Source: Lingula anatina (taxonomy: Eukaryota; Animalia; Brachiopoda). From it: DNA of 64,000 nucleotides. Position 1 is the first letter of the stretch. The number at the start of each line of letters is the position of its first letter. The stretch lies in assembly GCA_051362555.1 (NCBI GenBank), contig CM120641.1:12090001-12154000 (forward strand), given 5' to 3'. Positions 1 to 13,417 of the stretch are shown in pieces. The position numbers and the translations under genes are program-made. Below the pieces are notes generated by a model. That model was not told the origin of the DNA, did no database searches, and worked only from the letters and a program-made list of their open reading frames with translations.

Positions 1-2091
1 ACAAAATATCACGCATTTCAATAATGTAGTTATTCTAAACAATAAGCAAGATGACAAATGGGTAGTTCAAGCACAGCAAGACTTCCAGAGCATATACTAG
101 TAATGAGACCTGTTCAGTGATCTAAAGACAAACCATAACCATGACAGCACAAATCAGTGAGGTCAGCTCAGTTATCCATATGGCAATATATCAGATTATG
201 ATAGCCTAGCTCTGTATGTCTCTAATAAAAGTTCACAAATTATCATTATTATCAGGACTATGGCTCCTTTATCATAAGCAGCCAATTTTCCAATTCTGTT
301 TTTCATAAATTCAGGTCATTCTTCCATATGACCTCAATAATGGACTGTAGACAGACATTAGTAATGAACCTCAGACTCCAAAAGTAATCGGTTCAATATT
401 TTTTTTTTTTACAAAATCTTAATGATTCATACAATGAAGAGAAACTGAGGATTTACCAGCATCCTCTAAAACAAATTTTCAAATATACTTTTTTAATATG
501 ACCAAATCTCCAAACAGTTGCTTGTTTGGGGAAAAGATAAGTCTCAGAGTAGTTGTGGATTTGTTTTCCTGAACATATGGACACAATTGCACTGTTTGAA
601 ATGACAAATGGTCCCAGGCCAGGGACATTCCATCTTCCTTATCAAAAAGTGTTTCTATAAGGTACAGTAACAAACCACATATTAGTCATTACTTTGCCCC
701 CTCCCCATCCTCCACATAAAAAGGTACAAGCTAGCTCAGGAAATCATGCAACCAAATGCTCAGGATGTAATTACTTAGTATCAGACTATCATAAGAAAAT
801 TGAATTTCAGTTTAGTGTGTCTTTATGGCTCATTATCAATACTCTTTTAATCTCAGTAGTGATGTAGTGATAAATATGGCATTTACTTATTGATAATAAG
901 CACATAGCTTCTTGTTTAATAGGTCTTTGAACTAGTCCCTTGTCGCCTAAATCATCTTTTTTTTCTGATAAATTTATGTCTTGCACACCTACATTTTCCC
1001 CAAAACTATATTAAACTGTGAAAAAATGTCAAATAAATAATTTAAATGAACCTAAAAACTGTAGGAAACATCTTAGGATACCATATTAATCTACCATAAT
1101 GAAAAAAAATTAGTTAACGATTTTAACGATTTTTATAAAATCTAACACACTCACAAACACACATATACATATACAAACATATGCCATAGAAAAAAAACTC
1201 TGAAACAAAAGCTTTTAGAATTCAGGAAATACAGAAACAGACATCAGACCCCCCTCAAACCAAGTGCACCTACTTTCTATAGCCCAAGCTATATTGTCCT
1301 ATTATTTATTTGGAAATTTGTGCCACATTTCTACATGGAAATCCCCGTTTCAGATCTATTCACGTTTTTTAAACACACCAAAGTTGACCACCACTTTGTT
1401 GACTGGGAATTTCTTTGAAAAATGCATGAATGATGCAACTTTTAGCAGGTGTATTGATTTCATGTCACTTCTAGACTTCCCTGCTGTGAAAATAATTATA
1501 CACATGCTTCTATTTTGTCACAATTTGTGCGGTTTGTCAATTTTGTTCACTTTAATTTAATCAAAGTGCTGCTGCTGCTGCATATTTGCACAGGTAATTG
1601 GTGTCTGAGAGGCCCCTGTTCTTTTTCTCTCACCATATCTTCATGCCAAAGACAACAGGATGGCAAGGGAATGCCTAGCGAGCTTGACTACTCAAACCAT
1701 TCATAAAGTTACATCATTATTCAGAAAAATGATGATAACGATGGGTATCCATTAATCTACCAAGCAAAACTTCAAATAAATATTATACTTTCCGTAAAGT
1801 ACAATGCAGATTGTCTCAAAAGTAGCAGCACAATGTCAATGGTATTGATAACACCTAATTTCATTACCAATTATTGGCTGTAAAATACAAACTTTATTTG
1901 CATTACCACAAAAACATTGATGACAGATAAATAACTGTAGATAAGTAATTATTAACATAAACAAAAGAAGAAGAAAGTCGTTAACTACTCGTGGGATACG
2001 AAACGTGATATCACCCATTTTTTAAAGAAAAGAGTAGATTACATCTTGTTCATTGGCCGAGAATTAACAATATTACGTCGTGGGAACTTAC

Positions 2092-2141
2092 CCCCAGAAC
2101 CCACACGGACACCTTGGTGGTTCACTATTTGAATCAGCCAT
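2092..2141 (-). CDS. ZFAND3: AN1/A20-type zinc finger protein 3-like, first coding exon (MADSNSEPPRCPCGFWG); rest of gene probably lies left of the window
   Basis: Minus strand reads accaaaATG...TGGGG|gtaagt. The peptide PPRCPCGFWG matches the start of the ZFAND3 A20 finger as I recall it. Too short for the ORF track; next exon not found in 1-2085. Confidence 0.75.
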
Positions 2142-2322
2142 TTTGGTCTCCTGTGCGTATCTGAAAATAAAAAGAAAGCCCTCCTAAGTAATGTAAATTT
2201 TCCGTAACATTTCAGCTGTGCTTCCTTCTCTTTCGTGTCAAGGTCGAATACGACTATCGGTTGAAGGTACTTTGTGACATCACTTCCTTCGCGACTCGCT
2301 TAGCAACAAGGAAAGCTTCAAA

Positions 2323-3144
2323 ATGGCGGCACTGAGCATGGGTGACTTCGGCACCTATAAACTGGCGTTTAGCCGTCATATGCAACGCCAGTTGGAACTA
2401 GAGGAAGCAGCAAAGCAAGAAGAGGTTGTTTGGATTAACCAGAGATATACACCAAGAGATGAACGCAGCACTGCCCCCGTGCCACGTTACAAACACATGG
2501 TTGGCCCCCTTCCACATCCACCTTCACACTGGGTACCTATCGGGGAGGCACCTCTTACGTCTTTCTCAAGGGACGATGGCAGAGTATTTGTATCCCAGCC
2601 AAGTACCAGATGTGAACAGTGGTCCACATTAAGACAAATGATACCGTCATCCGGGAGTGCCATGCGAATAACACCTCCTAATTGGGGGACTGGTTTAGCA
2701 CCTCCTCCATCTATGTCACAGAGAAAGCAGCGAAGATTTCCTATTGTCAATAGTCCACAGACGAGGTAAGTTATTGACTAATGCCTTTCTTCTATGTCGT
2801 ACTAAAGAAAGAATTTGAGCAATGGTAATGTTATGAAATGTTATTCTACATTTAGATGACGAAGTTTATGCAATTGTAAGAGCTCTTTCAGTAAGCATAT
2901 TGTTTTGAAGGTACCTAAAAAGTCCAGTCTCCGAAAAAAAAATATATCCATGATATTATTTAAGTAATCAACATCTTAAGATTGTATACTGAGTGAACCT
3001 GTGAAAACTTGATTTTACATTGCAATTTAGATACACATTGCAATTTAGAACTTTCTTTTGACTACTCAGTTATGAACCTTTTTCTCTTCTATCAGGTATG
3101 TGGATGACATGCATACAACTCACAAACTCTTCAGGCTTTACTAA
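2323..3144 (+). CDS. Small two-exon protein (2323-2765, 3096-3144; ~163 aa), TEX49/SPMIP11-like putative ciliary/sperm microtubule inner protein
   Basis: Good start context aaaATGG, donor AG|gtaag, acceptor polypyrimidine-cag|G, frame continuous. C-terminus RFPIVNSPQTRYVDDMHTTHKLFRLY* resembles the recalled TEX49 C-terminal motif (S.MTRF.D......F.LY). Confidence 0.6.
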
Positions 3145-4376
3145 AAGAACATCACTTAGGTGGCACCTAGACAATCAAGCAGCCCAAACAGGATGTTAGA
3201 TTTTCATTCAAAAATTTTCATACAAAACGAGAAGCTTAAAATAACATCTAATCCATAAACTAGTTACATGTACCAATTACTGTACCTATCATATTATGTG
3301 GAAGCATCTTATGTTATTTGATTAAAAATCTTAACTTGTCTTATTTATTCTTTGATACCATGGCACTCCCTGTGTTTAGTGCATATTTAGACAATATTGT
3401 GGCTTCCACTTACTGTCTGTGTTGCTGATTATTGCTCAATTGCTCAAATCAGAATTATGTATTTATGAAATTATAAAGCAGTATAAGATGTTTTATATTT
3501 TGAATTGATTATATTGTAAAGTTTTGAAATTTCATCTTGATTTTATATTCATCTTGATTTTAAAATAAGTTTCCATACACTGGGAAATTTAAATTAAGTA
3601 TAATATTTGAGGCAGTGTATGTAAACAATCATTTTACTTCTTTGCTCTATATATCAAGAAAGAAAGTCAATTATAAGTGGCAAAATATCTGTTTGACATT
3701 TTTTCTGTGATGTGTTCATTACATGCATTGAACTTGAAGATAATGCTTCTTGCATTATTTGCATAATAAAGTAACTTGTCATATATATATATACATGTAT
3801 ATTACATCTTTTAATTTTGTTATATCAACTTACATTCACACCCGTTTGGCATCCTTATTCATAAAGGTACATTTATTTGGGGTCATCACGCCATTCTTCT
3901 CAACTTAGAATTTTTATCCGAACATCCAGTAAAAGTTAGGTACTTTTAAGTATTAAAATCTTTTACCTAGACAACCCGTTGTCCCGTATTTGTTATTCAT
4001 TTATTGAAAAAAATCTATTTAACCCGATCAAGCGACAGCAAATTGAATAAGCATACCTTCACGCTACGGTTTCTGACTTCCATCTACTTTCTGACGGCGT
4101 TACGTATTACATTTTATTTCTGGCTGTACATGCAAGCGAAGCTCTTGATTTGAGGTCAGTTTGGCGTGAATAGAACGTTCAGTGATTACATCCTCGTATT
4201 TAGATTGTCGTCTGATGCTTTTGAAATAAACATTGCTTTGAGGGATGAAAATTTTAAGGCTGCAAAATTTAAAGCTCTTTGGTCCTATTTGAGTGCCCTT
4301 CAACACTAACGTAAATAACAATAGAGTAACGATAATGGTGAATTAAGAAATGCTTTGGATTTGAGAGGCTTTGGTC

Positions 4377-5441
4377 TTACAATCCCGTTTTTTGCTTCAT
4401 TTTAAGTGCTTCCAAATATATCTCCAAACTGTCTCTTCTGTCTCCTTTTAGTTTACGAAGCTCGTTTTCAGAACTTGTGCCTACCCAGGCGTGCAGGGGC
4501 GACTGATTGTGGTTGTTGCGCATTCCTGGATTGTGTTTTTGGTTGCGAGTTTTTGATTTCCACTTCTTAGCTGCGCTTATTGTTGGCTTGAGAGATGCCC
4601 AAGACAGCGCTGGAAACCGTTCTGCGATTTCAGCTGCCTCAGTTCTATCAGTGTCTCTTTTGCTTTTATTCGGTTTTATTTGTAGCGTTTCGTTGCCTTT
4701 CGTCATAACATACGTATCTGTCGGTTCCAAAATTGAGGGGGTGCATGTTTCATCAGGTGCCGCTTTTACGTCTTGGACAATACGTAAACGGATACAATTT
4801 TCAGTATCTTTCATTTTATGATTTTCATCCAGGAACCTATGGTCGCGGAATGACATATCTGACGCAGATGTATATGAACATCCCATGTCATTTTGTCCCC
4901 TTTTGGCAAGTAGTCCAACAAAAGTCCCGGACTCAGAGATTGACCGCCTTTTCTCTAGATTGTGCAGATCTGCTGAACTAGCAGATCCTGGGTGACTTCT
5001 AGATCGTCTACGCTGATCTAAACGTCTGTAAGTTATTTTCGGAAGATTTGTATCTGAAGCAAAGATATCCGTTGTAGGCCCACTCCTTCCATTTTTCTTT
5101 GGAAATGGTTCGTTGTGAATAGCAGGCAAATGAACCACTTGTTTTGCAATCTCTGCACCTGTGCACTGTGCTGCAAGTTCGTTTTGGCGCTGTGATTCAA
5201 TGACTCGCTTTCTTTTCTCCAGTTTTTCATACCTGAGTCTGACGCTGTCTTTTTGATTTTTAAATGTGACAGTCGAGTCTTTCCAGATTCCATCCAGAGC
5301 AGCAGTGTGTTTTTTTAACAGACGTTCTCCCGCCTTCACTTGCGCGTCTATTTGCTGTTTCTTCTTTTTTGAAATAAAAAAGTTCAAATTTGGTGAAATG
5401 TTCACTGCTCTACAGGATTTACTTATCATCGGCGAATACAT
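4377..5441 (-). CDS. Uncharacterised ~354-aa single-ORF protein with N-terminal coiled coil and disordered Ser/Arg-rich region
   Basis: Open frame of about 1.1 kb in AT-rich DNA. First ATG at 5441 (MYSPMISK); ORF track extends to 5474 from a non-ATG codon. An upstream exon cannot be excluded. Confidence 0.7.
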   Translation of the reverse strand: MYSPMISKSCRAVNISPNLNFFISKKKKQQIDAQVKAGERLLKKHTAALDGIWKDSTVTFKNQKDSVRLRYEKLEKRKRVIESQRQNELAAQCTGAEIAKQVVHLPAIHNEPFPKKNGRSGPTTDIFASDTNLPKITYRRLDQRRRSRSHPGSASSADLHNLEKRRSISESGTFVGLLAKRGQNDMGCSYTSASDMSFRDHRFLDENHKMKDTENCIRLRIVQDVKAAPDETCTPSILEPTDTYVMTKGNETLQIKPNKSKRDTDRTEAAEIAERFPALSWASLKPTISAAKKWKSKTRNQKHNPGMRNNHNQSPLHAWVGTSSENELRKLKGDRRDSLEIYLEALKMKQKTGL

Positions 5442-7918
5442 TTCTTGGGAAATTAAAAAGAAATTTGAATACAAATCCTTGGTAACATATTTTTAAATTC
5501 TTTACAGCAAAATATTCTGTGTCCTCGCGGGTGTTGTTTAGGATACTTCTAAAATGTCCTCTCGGAATAATTGCGTTTGAGGAAAAGGTAATTCAATATT
5601 TGTATAGGAGAACAATGGATTTGTTTAAACGTTTGGGTGGGTAATTCATTGTGTGAGGAAGCTCCAATATTTGGTAAGAGGTCGTGACATGCACCCTCGT
5701 CTCTGATGTAAACATGGGTGCGCATGCACTTGCAGTGCGATCGTTTTATCGCTGTTTTATGGGTTGCAGTAAATTCATGTTTACTCTCTGAAATAACCGT
5801 TCTTTTCGGGTGAATATTTTGCCACGTTACTTTAACGAATTATGTATACACCATGAAGGCCCTTGGTGTTTCTACGTAAAATACACTATAAATAAAAAAA
5901 TCAAAATTATGTAAAATCTTAGTCGTAAAGAATGTTTCGTATTCTACCTCAACATTTTGTTCCTAGTCCCATGTTACTGGAATGTCGCATTTAAAGAAAT
6001 CGACACAAAATTGCAACACTAAATGTAATATCAAAATATATCGAAATCAAGGCCAAAAAAGATTAGAATACACATATATCGATCTCACAGTTTTGTATTA
6101 TATTTTTAAATTAAAATAAGACCAACCACAAAGTAATTGCTTGTATTACAAGAGGCAATCGCTGTTCACTTTTGTGTAAACATGTTCCTTGACAGACGGT
6201 CAGCCTTGGCCTTGGGTGGACACAAACAGTTAACAATGTATGAAAGTTTGGCCTTTAGTCCACATGTGTATCAGTCCTAGAAACCTTGTGAAATGCAAAA
6301 TCTGATGATTCACGGTCCAGCAAGGCCATATAGTATTGATGACGCATGACTTAAAGCAGCTATTATTTGGGCAAGATTGAAGTATGTATGTACCATACAT
6401 CCAGACAGATTGTTTACAACAAACAAACGGTCAAAAGTTAGATCAATGTTAGTGGCTGTTACCGAGTTAACATATTTACAGACGATTGAACAAAGTTCTT
6501 ATCCTGCAGTAATAAACAATAAGTTAGATCTTGGCAGACTGCCATTGGTTGACTTCTTATTTGTATTCATGCGATTGTGTCACTAACAGTCAGTTATTTA
6601 CTTAAAATTCCCATTACATAACCCCGCAAATTCATCTACACAGTGCATCTATCCGGATAGCTATAACGATAAAATCTGGCGATATTAATAAGGGGTAGAG
6701 GGATCCGCAAACAATAAACCTCCCCTTCCGATAGACTTATGGGTTAAAGGTTATAAGGATACCACACAAAGGTATACTTACAAATATAATGTCTACAAAC
6801 AACGGTTTTATCAATACTTAAAAGCACATACTTTCTTCTTGCAGAATAGTATTTGCAATGTGATTGTGTTTTGATATAATACAGTTTACACAATCATGTC
6901 AGTTGCAATCAAGTACGGCTTATCGAGCTGCATTATTTTCTAGAAATTCTATTCAAGTTAGGTACCCTTGTACCATGATCAATGAGCACGACTTTGGTTC
7001 AGAATGGAATGCTGGTGTTTCATGGGTATTTAAACTTTAATCCACCCTGCACTCAAAAAATATCGAATTATTCTTTGTAGCAGATATCAATCACCATCAA
7101 TCTGACAGAACTTCACTTGTATAATATATATAAACGGAAGTTAACTTTTTTCAGGTGGAGATACAATAATTTTAATGGCAACTTTCAACCGTTTTATAGA
7201 AGTCCAGTCGGGGTCAAATTTTGAGGTAAAGTGTTTGGGATAGGTCTCAATGTAAGCAATAACAAGTTCTGTGCGTGCTGAAAAGAGGACAGCACATTAT
7301 CTTCATCGCATGCATCCCATAAATACAATATATACAAACGTTTTTATTATACATATATGAAGATCAGGGGTGTTTCTTTTTTATTTAAACGGATACAGCA
7401 AACGTACAAAAATTGGGAAATCCACGGGTACATAAATCAGAAACAACAAATTCGCCTATTAAAACACACTATGATGAGCTTTATTGAGTAAACAGCAACC
7501 TAACGTGGGATTAATGAGCGACATCAATATAAACAATACTTCTCCCAAGAGCTTACATGTTTTTGCACCATTGTTATAAAATATCATTTGGTTAAGTAGA
7601 GGTACTGATTGTGTAATCAATATCACCTAGTGTGGGCTAAAAAAGAGCACCATTTGCAGAAAGCTAAAAATACAACAAAATTGAATAAATGAATAAGGCA
7701 ATCTATCGCACATGGTATACGGTTTCTTAGAAAACGACTAAAATGTAGATATATACAGTGCAATTTCCTGTCGACCTTATCACAGCAGTATCTGGTCAAT
7801 CAGCAACCACAGTATGAATCACAGCTTAAATTATACGTGTGTAGATAAATTCAAGGAATACAAATGCATCCTGACAAACTAGTTTTAGAATACGGAATAT
7901 TATTTATGTCCCGTGACA

Positions 7919-8941
7919 TTATTTGTTTGGTCGAAGAGGAATACCACTGATAGTATTAGATCTGGCGCGAAACGGAACCTTCTCCTCTGACTCGTTGAAA
8001 AATTCGGCAATTTTTTGTTGCACTCGCGCCATATTTTCTTTTTCTTTCTGAATTTGTTGCAAGACTGGCGAAGGTAGACTAGAGGTCTTCAAATCAAAGT
8101 TTTTAGTCTTTGATATCCTGGGGGTAAGAGATCGTCGTGGTCGAAGGTGCATCGTTGACGATGGGATGTCCGGTGTGCTGAAGTTTTCTATAAGTTTACT
8201 TACATCTGGGGTACTATGGGAACGGGGTGGGGAGATTCCCGGTGTAATCTGCGGTAGATGAAGATCTGTTGGTACCTGAAGCGACTGAGTATCTGGAATG
8301 GTCTGCACGCGCCGCATGGGAGGGCGCGGGGAGCGAGGTGATAATGCACGTTGTACGGAAATAGGCGCCAAGGCAACCTCTGTTGCAGGATGATCAACCA
8401 ATTTACTGTTACGGCGTAACTGGGGAGAATTTGGCAGTGACGAAGGCGCAGGTTGGGGCCATTGCAAAGACGCTAAGGTGTATCCGGGCGACGCTGCTCT
8501 GGGTAGAGGGGATTGGCTACGCGACAGACGGCGGGTGTCACACATTAATGTCGTAGCATGTGTCGGAGACGGCGATCCTATTCTCGTTACAAAAGAAGTA
8601 ACAAACGTGACTTCAGGTAGATTTTCATCTGATCCACTTGAACTGTCACTTTCCAAAGTTATTTCAATTCTAGGTCTTTCAGAATTCCGTTTCTTTTCGT
8701 TTAATCTTTCCAGGGAGGATCTTAAAGCTTCCTCTTCCTTTTCCATAGACCCAACTACCGATTTACGCATTTTGTCCAGTCTCTTTAAATGCAACTGGCC
8801 TTGCTTTTCTTCGGCATTAAAACGATTAAAGATTTGTTGCCGTTTTATCATCGTTCGCCTCGTTTTACCCTCTGGATAGGAATGGTCTTCAAACGCAGAA
8901 CTTGCACCGACCATCTTGCTGTCGCTGTGTCCTTCTGTCAT
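7919..8941 (-). CDS. Uncharacterised ~340-aa single-ORF protein with N-terminal coiled coil, long Ser/Pro/Arg-rich disordered middle and short C-terminal helix
   Basis: Open frame of about 1.1 kb (7919-9046), GC-richer than its flanks. First ATG at 8941. A possible acceptor (ttatgcag) near 9050 could extend the N-terminus. Confidence 0.75.
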   Translation of the reverse strand: MTEGHSDSKMVGASSAFEDHSYPEGKTRRTMIKRQQIFNRFNAEEKQGQLHLKRLDKMRKSVVGSMEKEEEALRSSLERLNEKKRNSERPRIEITLESDSSSGSDENLPEVTFVTSFVTRIGSPSPTHATTLMCDTRRLSRSQSPLPRAASPGYTLASLQWPQPAPSSLPNSPQLRRNSKLVDHPATEVALAPISVQRALSPRSPRPPMRRVQTIPDTQSLQVPTDLHLPQITPGISPPRSHSTPDVSKLIENFSTPDIPSSTMHLRPRRSLTPRISKTKNFDLKTSSLPSPVLQQIQKEKENMARVQQKIAEFFNESEEKVPFRARSNTISGIPLRPNK

Positions 8942-11433
8942 CAAAATTACAGCGTGTTCTACTGTCTGTTTCCCTTTGAGCAGTGGAAAATGAGCAAATA
9001 CTGGTAACGGTACTCGTTCTCTGCTTGCGTTGGGTTTTATCACCACATCTGCATAACTAGCCTTCGAGTCTCACTTTTATGCTACCCCACATTCTGCCAG
9101 CACGGATCGTCTTTCCTCGCTTTATTGAATTCAATACCAGTTAATTCCGATTATAGCGCACCGCAGCTCAAAAAAGAAACATTGACTGTATCAAAGTGGG
9201 CGAAAGCTGGCATTGTATTGGCACGGTGAAATAAAATAAGGTATTGGTCCGGCCCAGGATACAATAATAAACAAAATATGACACAGCATTTTGAGGTTTC
9301 AGCTCAGATTTCTTTACATTGTCGTTTGATCTTGTTTTAGCCCGTACTATGTTTATGAAATAAGTCATAATTGAAACAAGCGTATTTAAATTAAATATAT
9401 TTCTTTAGAACATTGAACGAAATGCATCAAAAGAGTTACTTGATTTTTGCCCTTCCGCCTTCAAGTCATTGAATTAAGTTGAAAATATTTTATTTTTACC
9501 TCCAAGATAAAAACCGAAATTGCAAAAGATCACGCACTGCATTTCCTTGCGAAAGACAGACACTGAAATAGGTAGTGAGCCATGATGTGGAACATTGTCC
9601 GTGAAAGCGAACAAAGTCCGCAGTAATAAAAGAGACAAATAATCACATATTTAAAGAATATTGATTATATAACTTCCGATAAATGATTCTCATCAACTAC
9701 CTAGCTAAATACCTGTTTCAAAATACATTGCCTGAGATCAGTGTATTTGCACTCTAATTTACTTTAGACCATCAAAACGTGCATTCACATTTCAATAAGA
9801 AATTTTAAAAAATTTATCTATTTCTCACATGAACATCATGGAAGTGATATTTGGCTGTAGTGGCATTACTCAAAAGATAGTAAATAAGTAAATCACCTCT
9901 AATCCGTACAGTAGAGAAAAGTGCCATGAATTAACAAGAGACATGTCTGAGAACATCTATTGAAAAAAACCATCTGTGGTCTTGGTAGAGGGTACTTTTT
10001 TTACATCATCTTCCAACAATCTTTCTTTTATTGAAACATGGATCCTAGTGATATTTCACTGACTGAAAACGAACGAACACAAACTGTTTATCAAATACAG
10101 CTAGAGGAGCGTGTCGAGTCATAAACTACATTTACAATCGTTTTTAAGTGTGATCCAGCTCCATATGCAGAGACTAAATAGGAATTTTTATTTTTAACAT
10201 TATTTTATATATCAAGTATATGTTGTGCAAATTATCTAGGTATTTTAAAAATAGTTTTGGTAGTCTATGGCAAATGAATAAAATATCCCAAAGAAATTTA
10301 CAATTAAATGCCATTTGAAAGTATTAATTACAGTGGGGACAAAAAATTCAGATGTCATACGGAATAAGAATTCCAATCTCCATTTTGATTATTCCTGAGC
10401 ATTCTTTTTACGTTTATCGATGAAATGATTAAATTACATGGTGTAATTTTATGAAGATTGATAACCACTTGCAAGCGTACAACACACAGAAAGCAGAAAA
10501 TGCACTGAAAATACAGAGAACTTATTTTCGTCTTATTCAAAAGAAACTCAATATTATGTCACAGGGTTTGTTCTTCATACGCAGCCACATTGAGAGAACT
10601 TGAAACATATGGAAGGAACGACTTTTGGTTCACCTGAAATGGTAAATCTGGGGAAAGCATACAAAGGTGAAAAGAAAATATCCAGCCTTGTTGCAAGAGA
10701 ACGTTCGATGTGGGTCAGGTACTTGGATCTAATTTCTTTGCATTGAAGAACACAAAAAAGTCAATATATTATTATCCAAAATACATATCATGAAAGATGT
10801 ATTTAAATGAAACTTTTTGTCGACCAAATGCAATCATAAAGTTTCAAATAGCCTAACTTTAAGAATTACCAAAGGACATTGTTTCATATTTCCAAAAGAT
10901 GACATCTGAACGGATACTTTCTGCTTCCTTTCTGTGCTATTCATAGCCCTCGGTCGTTTTCAACAACCCGTCATACAAATGATAGTATTGCGCTCGCAAC
11001 AATAATGCGACAAGCATTATTACGTCATTTGGCGCACTTTTACAAAATGGAATGATGGATAAGGTCTTTACGACCAGGAAAAGTTGCAATTTTAAAGCTC
11101 TGGAACTTTATGAAGTGATTAATTTGGTTTATCCCTTGTTATGTTGACTTTATTTGAATAACAGTGGTATAAGAAACTGGTAGAGGCGGTTTGTATGCGT
11201 TATAGGGAATCCATGCTTGCTTCACATGTAGCTAAAAAGGAGTATGTCATATGTATAACCACTTTTCCCAAATTCTTTAAACAAGTTAGACATTCATAAT
11301 TGTATTACACCAAACCAAATGAGAAAAGTGTAAGCAGTGTTCTGACTCCTGATTCTTAGTACTAGTAATGACAATCGACACACTTGAGTGCTATAAAATA
11401 ATTATTGACAGGTTTTCTCTTTGAGATCTAGTG

Positions 11434-12231
11434 TCATACAAATCTTGAAGATATAGCTAATATCTTGGCAAGCTCTTCCTTCTTGCGTAGCACTGATGGT
11501 ATAGGTACATTTATCCTTGAGCCCATGGGAGTGTCCTCTTCATCTATCAACACAACATTGTTACTGTCAAACTTTGGAACCATTGGCTTCTGCTTCTGTT
11601 TACAACCTACAATTATTCCTTTAACCTTCTGCTTTTCAAGTGCCAGTAAAACTTTATCTCCAATACCTGCAACTCCTTGTTTATTATAAACATGAACTAT
11701 ACGAGCTGGTTTGCCAGAGGTCTTGGCATTTTTGCCTAAGTCACTGTTGTCCACTACATTGACCCGTGACATATGTCTCAGTTCACACAGTGGGAGGCTT
11801 GTGCTGAAAGAGATACCATAATGTCAGTATAATATAAATTACCTTTTTTATGTGTATGTCACGTAGAGAAGCACAACAATTTAAAACACAAACTTTGGAC
11901 ATTTGTCTTTTCTCACTCTGTAAAGCTATCCTAAAACTAACAAAAAGCATGTCAGCTTTACAGTGTGTTGCATGAGATTGTGCTGAGCGTGATAGGTGTG
12001 GCAGGGACAATTTATTGCAAAATGCACAATTGTAAGTATCTAAAAAAATAAAATATTGAAACAACAAAAATGTAATGGAAAAATTTAGAAACTTAAAATT
12101 TAAAGAAGAAAAAAAAAAAATTATTCTGCAGTACAATTCAATCTATAATACCTGAAATGCCTTGTGTTGTTTCTGGTACAGAGGCCAAGGGTAACTGCCC
12201 TAGAGTGGAAATATCGTGCAACTGCACTCAT
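11434..12231 (-). CDS. MRPL14: Mitochondrial ribosomal protein uL14m; coding exons 12231-12152 and 11803-11434 (149 aa)
   Basis: RVNVVDNS...VYNK.GV..IGDKVLLA...KFDSNNVVLI...P.GSRI..PIP..LR is the L14 signature. Exon 1 encodes an Arg-rich, acid-free presequence. Splice phase is consistent (HF-S-TSLP). Acceptor near 12249 implies an upstream 5'UTR exon. Confidence 0.95.
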
Positions 12232-13417
12232 CTTCTTTGCTGCAATACCTACAAATAATGACAACACATAATAGCTATGTGAATTAACATAATATGTTAT
12301 AAACATGTAAGTGTGATATAAAGGGACATCTCAATGCGATAACACCAGTAGGTCAAATAATGGCACATTTTAATCAACCAAGAAGAAAAACTACTGCACA
12401 GAATTTTTTACAATGGAAGTTGCTTACCCATGTCATCATTCAAGAGTTTGCTTCTAAGGAAAAACTTACAAAATCTCTCACGTCCTTTTCACATTCAGAG
12501 GTCTGTTTTATGATTGGTGGACTTCAATGGGTATATATATTAATTCATGGCTGCATAACTGATAGATGATTACAGTAGATGGATCTTACTTTATTCAATC
12601 TGGTTGGCTTTACAGCCGTGTGCAACTTCAAAAGATGTTATGCAGTTATGGTATGCATCTCTATCTATTATGTATTAGCACAAACAGTTCATATCAAAAA
12701 CAACAAATATACCTTGTAGGAGTGCTAATGCATGAAACTTCATGCTAACCTCAGTATAAATACAATGTCATTAAGTAGTGGTCAATTCAGAGGATTGCAC
12801 AAAAATTCATGCGTTCATTAACATCAAGGACTGTCTACGGGAAATTTGTTGGCTTTATAGAGTGCAAGCTGAGGAGACAAAAGGTAAGATAACGGTAAAG
12901 ATTTGAGAGCCCCTGCATCATGGCAGATGCACAAGCTGATCATTATTTTACAGTTTTTGACACCAATATCTTTCATGCATAAGCACATATCAAATGCAAG
13001 AATTTTCATGCTAGATACTGGTAAGATTTAACCTGGAAGTACATACCACAGACAATCATGAATAACAGGAAGCAATTGTTGTTTGATAACACAAACTGCT
13101 GTAAAAAGTGTCCCCAGAATATCAGATTTCTACCAAATTTTACACTGAATGCCACTTCAATACATGTACTGCTGCTTCAGGAACCGACCTGTGTTAAAAC
13201 ATGACTAAAACAGCTGGTACTAACACAGACAATGTTTCAGAATCCAAGAAAGATTAAATTTTTTAAAGTCACCAAAGTATTTTACGTCAGATTTTTGAGG
13301 AAATGTCTTATTGATTTTTTTTACCTACCCCCACTCCATTTGTTCCCCATCCAGTCAATGTTAGGAGGTCAATTTCTACTGCATAAGCTTTGGAAGATAC
13401 ATATTATCAGTGGCAAA

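Noticed and set aside
4507-8879. Antisense ORFs overlapping the two long minus-strand ORFs (4507-4821, 8478-8879)
   Set aside because: Shadow frames of coding sequence, with non-ATG starts and no recognisable motifs.
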